In this document: positions 53,728 to 59,323 of the stretch, one piece after another
Layout of the letters: each line of letters starts with the position of its first letter
How positions within the stretch are numbered: the first letter of the stretch is position 1
Position numbers and translations under genes: made by a program
Assembly: GCA_964361885.1 (NCBI GenBank)
Contig: CAYICL010000001.1
Span: forward strand, 1 to 59,323
DNA: 59,323 bases
Reading direction: 5' to 3'
DNA from: an uncultured Pseudomonadales bacterium
GTDB taxonomy: Bacteria; Patescibacteriota; Microgenomatia; UBA1400; CG1-02-47-37
The notes under the pieces: model-generated
Databases searched by the model: none
Seen by the model: only the letters and a program-made list of their open reading frames with translations
What the model was told of the DNA's origin: nothing

Positions 53728-55239
53728 CTATTTGGCCACGGCTTCGCTGCGGGTTTCCCGGATAACGGTAACTTTAATTTGGCCGGGAAAAGCTTTAACT
53801 TCTTCCTTAATCTTGTCCCGGATATCATTGGCCAGTTTGACGCTGGCATCATCGTCATATTCCTTGGGGTTAACAATGACTCTGACTTCCCGACCGGCCT
53901 GAAGGGCATAAGCCGAGTCAACACCGTCAAAAGAAGCGGCAATCTCCTCCAGCCGGGTCATTCTGACCAAGTATTCTTCGTGATCTTCATAGCGGGCGCC
54001 GGGCCGGGAGCCGGAAATGGCGTCGGCAATATATACCAAGGCAGATTCGGCCGAAGAGAAAGGTTTGTCTTCATGATGCTGTTGGACACAGTCGATGACA
54101 GCTTGAGGAATATGGAATTTTTGCAAGAATTTAACTCCTAGTTCAACATGGGTGCCTTCTTCTTCGTCAATTACTTTACCAATGTCATGAAGCAGGCAGC
54201 CCAAACGGACAATATTAGGGTCGGCGCCGACTTCGTGGGCCAGCTTAAGGCCGATCTTGGTTTCTTCTAAAGTATGGGCAATCATGTTTTGGCCATAGGA
54301 AAAACGGTATTTAAAGCGGCCCAACATATCAATAATCTCTACCGGCAAATTAAAGACTTTCAGGCTGTGGCAGAGTTTCTCACCTTCCTGATGCATCAAG
54401 TGGTCAACATCGGTTTGGGTGCGTTTGAAAATTTCTTCGATCCGGGACGGTTGGATACGGCCGTCGGCAATCAATTTTTCCAGGGTGACCCGGGCGACTT
54501 CCCGGCGGACCGGATCAAAACAGGACAGACGGATAACACCGGGTTCGTCCAAATCGACTTCAACGCCGGTGACTTTTTCAAAAGTGCGGATGTTCCTGCC
54601 TTCACGGCCGATGACCCGGCCTTTAATGTCTTCGTCGGCGACTTTGACCAAAGAAACCGTGTATTCGGCCACATAATCGGTAGCGCCGTGGCGCATGGCT
54701 TCAACCAAGATATCTTTGGTTTTTTCCTCGGCGGTAGCTTTGGCTTGCTCTTGGGCTTCGGTGATCATTTCGGCAATATCCCGGGTGAGACGCTTTTCAT
54801 AGGCTTTAATAATCAAGTCCCGAGCTTCTTCGCGCTTTAATTTGGCAATTGACTCAAGCTTGGTCAGCTGTTTTTGTTTAAGATCTTCAACTTCTTTTAA
54901 TTGCCGGGATAATCCGGTCTCCCTAGCGACAACACTTATCTCCCGCTGTTCGACGGCGCCTAAACGGCGGTCAACTTCAGCGGCTTTGGTTAAAGCTTGA
55001 TCTTTAAGGGATTGGGCGTCACGCAAGAATTGTTGCGACTGGGCATCGGCCTGACGCTTGATCTGTAAAGCCTGGTCTTTGGCTTCGATAATGATTTCCC
55101 TGGCTCTAGCTTGGATTTCGGCCAGCTGAACCTGGTTGATACGGGGTTTGGGCTGGGGCCGGGGTTTAGATTGAGGCCTAATAACAGCGGCTTTTTTATC
55201 ACCGGTAACAATGCCAACGAAACGTTTTAAAAACGACAT
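53728..55239 (-). CDS. rny: ribonuclease Y
   Basis: N-terminal anchor and coiled coil, KH domain (IKGRVIGREGRNIRTFE) and HD domain (CLLHDIGKV). Confidence 0.93.
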   Translation of the reverse strand: MSFLKRFVGIVTGDKKAAVIRPQSKPRPQPKPRINQVQLAEIQARAREIIIEAKDQALQIKRQADAQSQQFLRDAQSLKDQALTKAAEVDRRLGAVEQREISVVARETGLSRQLKEVEDLKQKQLTKLESIAKLKREEARDLIIKAYEKRLTRDIAEMITEAQEQAKATAEEKTKDILVEAMRHGATDYVAEYTVSLVKVADEDIKGRVIGREGRNIRTFEKVTGVEVDLDEPGVIRLSCFDPVRREVARVTLEKLIADGRIQPSRIEEIFKRTQTDVDHLMHQEGEKLCHSLKVFNLPVEIIDMLGRFKYRFSYGQNMIAHTLEETKIGLKLAHEVGADPNIVRLGCLLHDIGKVIDEEEGTHVELGVKFLQKFHIPQAVIDCVQQHHEDKPFSSAESALVYIADAISGSRPGARYEDHEEYLVRMTRLEEIAASFDGVDSAYALQAGREVRVIVNPKEYDDDASVKLANDIRDKIKEEVKAFPGQIKVTVIRETRSEAVAK

Positions 55240-55275
55240 ATATTTAGCTTCTAGGAACTAGCTTCTAGCGCCTAG

Positions 55276-55304
55276 ATATAAAAATTTATTTAATAAGGGG
55301 TAAA
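55276..55304 (-). promoter_or_regulatory. rny promoter TTTACC-17-TTATAT
   Basis: The minus strand has TTTACC (55304-55299) and TTATAT (55281-55276). The predicted ~30-nt leader contains two CTAGAAGCTA repeats and no clear SD. Confidence 0.35.
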
Positions 55305-55431
55305 TGGCTCCGCCAACCGGCGGATCGCCAGAATCGGCTTACACCGATTGAGGAGAGTGAGAAGTGAATGCTGATTTGGATTGATTTAACAACATTTTTT
55401 TCTAGTAATCACCATTTATCGTAAGCGTATT

Positions 55432-55902
55432 CTACGCTTTTGAAAGCAAATCGTCAATAACCGAATAGATAGTGGCAAAGCTAAAACCCCGGGTGCGGAG
55501 CAGAGTAATGAGTTTTTGCTTTTGGGTTAATAAAGGCAGGTGAGTGATAGTAGACAATTTTTTTAAAGCCACGGTTTTGGCCAGTTCAAGTTCCTGTTGG
55601 CGGTCAAGCAGGATTGATTGAATCAAAGATCGGTCAAGGCCTTTTTGTTTTAGCTCGCTTTGAATGGCTAAATTGCCTTTGGGACTGGAAATGGTCCTTT
55701 GCTCGACCCACCAAGAGGCAAAAGTTTGATCGTTTAACAAATCCTGGTCGATCAAGTTATCAATCACCTGTTGGATGAGTTTGGGGGAAGCAGGCAGACG
55801 TTGAAGCCTGGTTTTAATTTCGTGAATACTTCTGGGCCGGTAAGACAAGAGCTTTAAAGCTTTATTGGTCAACCGGTTAAGCAGTTTTTTTTGGTCGGCC
55901 AC
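55432..55902 (-). CDS. recX: recombination regulator RecX
   Basis: 156 aa with the three-helix-repeat pattern ([19 protein letters not shown]..) immediately after recA. It has a GTG start at 55902 and overlaps recA by 26 nt. Confidence 0.75.
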   Translation of the reverse strand: MADQKKLLNRLTNKALKLLSYRPRSIHEIKTRLQRLPASPKLIQQVIDNLIDQDLLNDQTFASWWVEQRTISSPKGNLAIQSELKQKGLDRSLIQSILLDRQQELELAKTVALKKLSTITHLPLLTQKQKLITLLRTRGFSFATIYSVIDDLLSKA

Positions 55903-56929
55903 GTTTATGAGAAACTGATTTAGCGGTACCGGCAGTTTCTTCCTGTTTGACTTTTTTCCAGATGTCGGCTTCGATGGCTTTAGCCAGCTTATGGTTTTCG
56001 ATTAAATAGATTCTGACGGCTTCTTTCCCCTGGCCGATGACTTCGCCTCCATACTTATAGAAGCTGCCGGATTTGTCGATAATGCTTCGCTCAACCGCCA
56101 GATCGATAATATCGCCCAGCTTGGAAATACCGCCGTCGTTTAAGATGTCAAACTCGGCTACCCTAAAGGGCGGAGCGACTTTGTTTTTAACCACTTTAAT
56201 CCGGTGGCGGGAACCGATAACGGTATCGCCGTCCTGGATGTTGCCGATCTTTCTACAGTCCAAACGGATGGAGGCATAGAACTTTAAAGCTTTACCGCCG
56301 GAAGTGGTTTCCGGGTTGCCGAACATGACGCCGATCTTCATCCGGATTTGATTGGTGAAGATAATGACGGCTTTGGATTTAGCGATAGCGCTGGTTAGCT
56401 TTCTCATGGCCTGGCTCATGAGTCTGGCCTGAACGCCGATCATGGCATCACCCATCTCGCCTTCGATCTCGGCTTTAGGCACCAAAGCGGCGACCGAGTC
56501 GATACAGATAACGTCAATGGCGCCGGAGCGGATTAAGGTTTCGGCAATTTCCAAGGCTTGTTCGCCGGTGTCCGGCTGGGAAATCAATAGATCATCCAGA
56601 TTAACTCCTATCGCTGCGGCCCGCTGGGGATCAAGGGCATGTTCGGCGTCAATAAAAGCGGCAGTGCCGCCGGCTTTTTGAGCTTCGGCAATGACATGAA
56701 GACAGATAGTGGTTTTACCGGAAGCTTCAGGGCCGTAGATTTCCGAGGTGCGGCCGCGGGGCAAGCCGCCGACACCCAAAGCCAAGTCCAAACTTAAAGA
56801 ACCGGTGGAGATAGAGGCAACATCCAGATGCTGTTTATCACCCAGCTTCATGATTGAACCCTGACCGTATTGTTTTTCGATTTGTTCCATGGCCACTTTA
56901 ATTGCTTGAAGTTTTGGATCTGATACCAT
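55877..56929 (-). CDS. recA: recombinase RecA with basic AT-hook-like C-terminal tail
   Basis: Walker [10 protein letters not shown], plus the blocks FIDAEHALD and [23 protein letters not shown]. The ATG at 56929 was chosen from promoter geometry (the tracked ORF starts at TTG 56965). The tail reads ..[11 protein letters not shown]. Confidence 0.95.
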   Translation of the reverse strand: MVSDPKLQAIKVAMEQIEKQYGQGSIMKLGDKQHLDVASISTGSLSLDLALGVGGLPRGRTSEIYGPEASGKTTICLHVIAEAQKAGGTAAFIDAEHALDPQRAAAIGVNLDDLLISQPDTGEQALEIAETLIRSGAIDVICIDSVAALVPKAEIEGEMGDAMIGVQARLMSQAMRKLTSAIAKSKAVIIFTNQIRMKIGVMFGNPETTSGGKALKFYASIRLDCRKIGNIQDGDTVIGSRHRIKVVKNKVAPPFRVAEFDILNDGGISKLGDIIDLAVERSIIDKSGSFYKYGGEVIGQGKEAVRIYLIENHKLAKAIEADIWKKVKQEETAGTAKSVSHKRGRPKKTA

Positions 56930-56936
56930 ATATACC

Positions 56937-56965
56937 ATTAAACAAAGTTTTACCGAAGCTGTCAA
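56937..56965 (-). promoter_or_regulatory. recA promoter TTGACA-17-TTTAAT
   Basis: The minus strand has TTGACA (56965-56960) and TTTAAT (56942-56937), with 7 nt to the ATG at 56929 and no SD. Confidence 0.5.
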
Positions 56966-57001
56966 GGAGTCAAGTTTATGATAAACTTATTAAGTTAAAA
57001 C

Positions 57002-57075
57002 CGGGGCGTAGCGTAGTTGGCTAGCGCGCACGCATGGGGTGCGTGAGGTCGGCAGTTCAAATCTGCCCGCCCCGA
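57002..57075 (+). tRNA. tRNA-Pro (anticodon GGG), CCA not encoded
   Basis: Hand-folded, 74 nt. The acceptor is CGGGGCG/CGCCCCG (C1-G72), and the D arm is GCGT-AGTTGGCTA-GCGC. The anticodon stem is CACGC/GCGTG, with loop ATGGGGT (GGG at 57036-57038, G37). The T arm is GGCAG-TTCAAAT-CTGCC, and A73 is followed by CAA. Confidence 0.9.
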
Positions 57076-57094
57076 CAAAAGCTTATATAACAAA

Positions 57095-57397
57095 ATGCTA
57101 AAACTTTTTGTCTGGCCACTATTAGTATCATTGCTTTATCTTAATAATTTTTTTTACTTTCGCTTTCGCTATCAATATGAAGATCTTGGGTTGGGACTAG
57201 CCCTGGGTATGTTCTTAAACATTTTCTTAATAATCTCGCTAATTCTCTATGTTCCGCTTTGTGTCATCTATATTATTAGTCAAAGATCTAGACGGAAAGA
57301 GATCGGGCTCTGGAGTAGTTTGGGATTGGGCATTGTCTCATTTTTTTTAGCCTCTTCCGTTTTATTTATTTTAAGTTACTTAGGTAGTTTAAGATAG
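57095..57397 (+). CDS. small three-TM membrane protein, hypothetical
   Basis: 100 aa, hydrophobic. Confidence 0.5.
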   Translation: MLKLFVWPLLVSLLYLNNFFYFRFRYQYEDLGLGLALGMFLNIFLIISLILYVPLCVIYIISQRSRRKEIGLWSSLGLGIVSFFLASSVLFILSYLGSLR

Positions 57398-57401
57398 TTA
57401 T

Positions 57402-57433
57402 TCACATTCCGGGAATGTGATGAATGTGTGATG
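57402..57433 (+). repeat. degenerate REP-like hairpin copy 6 plus half-site
   Basis: TCACATTCC-G-GGAATGTGA is a perfect 19-nt palindrome (57402-57420). It is followed by GAATGTGTGATG, the same hairpin + GTGTGATG layout as copy 2. Confidence 0.6.
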
Positions 57434-57440
57434 ATATAAT
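57432..57440 (+). promoter_or_regulatory. extended -10 TGaTATAAT, 8 nt from ATG 57449
   Basis: It overlaps the 3' half-site of REP copy 6 (GTGTGATGATATAAT). Confidence 0.4.
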
Positions 57441-57448
57441 CTTAATAA

Positions 57449-58222
57449 ATGATTGTTGAGGCAGCCAACCAATTAGGTGAAACAGTCTTATTTAATAAAT
57501 TGAAGAGGTTAAGAGAAAAGCAGACAGATCAAGGGTTAGAAATGCCAAGTTTGCCAGAAGATTTAACTGACCCTAAAGCAATCTTAGAAATTTTTCTTGA
57601 GACTAATAGATTTAAACAGATTTACCAAAAGGCCACTGAAATATTTCAACAACCGATGCGCGGAAGAGAATTTCAGGGGAAAAAAGCTTACTTTGCCGGG
57701 AGAATATTCCAGGATTTAGCCTACATTTATATCTCTTGGCAAATGGCTCAAACAGAATCAAGCAAGGTGCTTTTATCTCCTGAACTGACATTGGAGTTTT
57801 ATAAATATTTATATGGAGATTTTCTAGGAGAAAGAGTTGATACTTCTCCATTTGGTTTAACCGGACTGGAAAATAAATCAGTCCCGGATGGAATGGTGGT
57901 TGACGACCAAAGGATTGATGGACTGTATGAATATACTTTAAGGAGAATATCTCAACCATTTATTGATTCCAAAAACTATTCATTATATTTGGATAGAAAC
58001 ATATTTAGCGGCTTTGAACCAGGGGTGGGTTTAACTGTGGTCATGCCTGAAGGTCAATCGGACTTAAATTTAAAGAAGGCTGAGATTATTCAGCTGCCTT
58101 TTACAAGGGGTGACTTTGGAAAATTTACAGCTTGGCTTTATAATAATTTCTTACCAAAAGAACAAGATTTGACTTTAAATGAGATGCGGCGTCGGGTCCT
58201 ATTTACTTCAGCTCGAAAGTAA
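57449..58222 (+). CDS. hypothetical protein (257 aa)
   Basis: Clean ORF. The PDG..D..EYT stretch is not a convincing PD-(D/E)xK motif, so no family is assigned. Confidence 0.55.
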   Translation: MIVEAANQLGETVLFNKLKRLREKQTDQGLEMPSLPEDLTDPKAILEIFLETNRFKQIYQKATEIFQQPMRGREFQGKKAYFAGRIFQDLAYIYISWQMAQTESSKVLLSPELTLEFYKYLYGDFLGERVDTSPFGLTGLENKSVPDGMVVDDQRIDGLYEYTLRRISQPFIDSKNYSLYLDRNIFSGFEPGVGLTVVMPEGQSDLNLKKAEIIQLPFTRGDFGKFTAWLYNNFLPKEQDLTLNEMRRRVLFTSARK

Positions 58223-58907
58223 CGGTAACGGATTTATAGACCTGGGCGCTGCCGGGTTCAACCGGAGTGGAGTCGGCTGGTTCAGCCGCCATTCTAAAAA
58301 TCGGGCCGGGCATAGAGACGCCGCCTTCGGTAACAGTCAAAACCTTGCCTAACTGCCTATGGCTGGCTTTGGCGATAATTCCGGCCTTTTCCCTGGCGTC
58401 GTCAATAGCTGCCTGCAGTAAAGCGGTTTCGGTTTCAGAAGTATCATCAACGGAAAAATTAGGACCGTAAACATCGGTGGCTTCCAGGCTTTGGAGCAAA
58501 TCAGTCAAGGCCGAAGCCTGATCAATGTTTCTTAAAACGATGTCAATATTATTGGAGGCCCGCCATTGGGTTTTAGCTAAGACAGATTCTTCTTCCCGGT
58601 TAACGGATACAGTTCGGGTTTGGATGTCTTTTTCATTAATACCAAAGTCTTTGACGGCTTTAATAATCTTGGTCATTTTGGTGTTAACTTCATCAATAGC
58701 GGTTTGTTTGTCCTGGTTGGCAACAGTAACTCCGGCGGAAAAGCGGGCAATTTGGTTTTGAACGTCTTTTCTAGCTTCGCCGGTAACGGTAAGGCTGGAG
58801 CCGGGCAAAACTTCAAACTTGCCCCAGTTGACCCTGTCCCAGGGAATGAAATAGGCGGAAGCAAAAAGAAACACAAACAAGGCCAGGGCAAAAATGAATT
58901 TTTTCAT
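58203..58907 (-). CDS. SIMPL (DUF541) domain secreted protein
   Basis: Signal peptide followed by LTVTGEARKDV..ARFSAGV..IDEVNTKMTKIIKAVKDFGI..DIQT, the typical SIMPL layout. Confidence 0.75.
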   Translation of the reverse strand: MKKFIFALALFVFLFASAYFIPWDRVNWGKFEVLPGSSLTVTGEARKDVQNQIARFSAGVTVANQDKQTAIDEVNTKMTKIIKAVKDFGINEKDIQTRTVSVNREEESVLAKTQWRASNNIDIVLRNIDQASALTDLLQSLEATDVYGPNFSVDDTSETETALLQAAIDDAREKAGIIAKASHRQLGKVLTVTEGGVSMPGPIFRMAAEPADSTPVEPGSAQVYKSVTVTFELK

Positions 58908-58913
58908 ATTAAA

Positions 58914-59323
58914 TTAATTATAGCAAAAAAAACTGCCGATGTAAGAATATTCTTTTAGGTAAAGAGAGTCGGTGTAAAAGGCCGAGGCAGAACCGCCATC
59001 CAAGTTAAGGCTGGAAACAAAGCTTTGATTGATGGTTTTTCCCAACTTAGCCACCAGGGCCGGGGTGTCGGCCAGCATGGGGCCACTGTAGGTAGAGTCA
59101 GAACCGACTATGACCAGGAAGATTAACTGATTGGAGCCGGTCAGGGCGGCAACCACCCGGCGGCGGGGTTGATCGTTTTGAATTTTTAACAGCAAAGGCT
59201 TTTGGTTAAGGATTAACAACGGGCCGGATTGGAGGCCGAAATCTACTTTTGTTTCAGGTATAACGGCACTAATGCCAGCTTGGCCAGCGGCTAAACTTAA
59301 AAAACCGTTAAACAAACTGCTGG
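58914..59323 (-). CDS. phosphodiester glycosidase (DUF2233/NAGPA-like) domain protein, N-terminus beyond window
   Basis: The C-terminal NLDGGSASAFY motif is present. The reading frame stays open to the window end. Confidence 0.55.
   Translation of the reverse strand, partial: SSLFNGFLSLAAGQAGISAVIPETKVDFGLQSGPLLILNQKPLLLKIQNDQPRRRVVAALTGSNQLIFLVIVGSDSTYSGPMLADTPALVAKLGKTINQSFVSSLNLDGGSASAFYTDSLYLKEYSYIGSFFCYN

Noticed and set aside
54274-54840. 188-aa plus-strand ORF (and neighbours 53725..54141 and 54419..54676) antisense to rny
   Set aside because: It lies entirely inside the well-supported RNase Y gene. The translated sequence is low-complexity (G/F/N/D-rich) with no motifs, start signals or SD. 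Long antisense ORFs of this kind are typical of a codon-biased gene.
30749-57433. Whether the recurring hairpin copies could be a CRISPR array
   Set aside because: The copies are 0.7-5.6 kb apart rather than separated by regular 25-50-nt spacers. They sit at gene ends, and no cas genes are present. They behave as REP-like dispersed repeats instead.

Overview
Dense, mostly minus-strand housekeeping window with about 70 protein genes, two tRNAs (Gln-CUG, Pro-GGG) and a compact type-A RNase P RNA. By inference it comes from a small-genome, Patescibacteria/CPR-like bacterium: it carries an archaeal-type triosephosphate isomerase, an Elp3 homolog, trimmed-down AspRS and MiaB, and many small membrane proteins of unknown function. 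Recognisable genes include galE, yidC, lon, dtd, tpiA, thiI, thyA-folA-PRTase, gltX, aspS, recJ, cca, secDF, rdgB, uppP, miaA, miaB, an ABC-2 transporter cluster, hup, rny, recX and recA. No CRISPR array, rRNA, integrase or reverse transcriptase is visible. The most unusual structure is a 226-aa Y1/HUH (RAYT / IS200-like) transposase at 30750..31430. It is bracketed by a 21-nt hairpin motif, (Y)CT-ATCACAC-N7-GTGTGAT. Further copies lie at 46.8, 47.5, 51.8 and, degenerate, 57.4 kb. These copies supply stop codons and C-terminal residues to four genes, bracket a CPBP protease gene as a cassette, sit at the junction of a duplicated ABC permease pair, and occur as loop 'flip/flop' isomers. Other candidates are: a back-to-back Elp3 / Trm9-like methyltransferase pair (a eukaryote/archaea-style wobble-U pathway); a CIRCE-like operator fused to the lon promoter; 16 first-in-operon genes whose -10 box sits 6-8 nt from the ATG (leaderless layout); and a RecA with an AT-hook-like basic tail whose coding sequence overlaps recX across an A8 tract. 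All family assignments rest on motifs read by eye and recalled family features. No database search was run.
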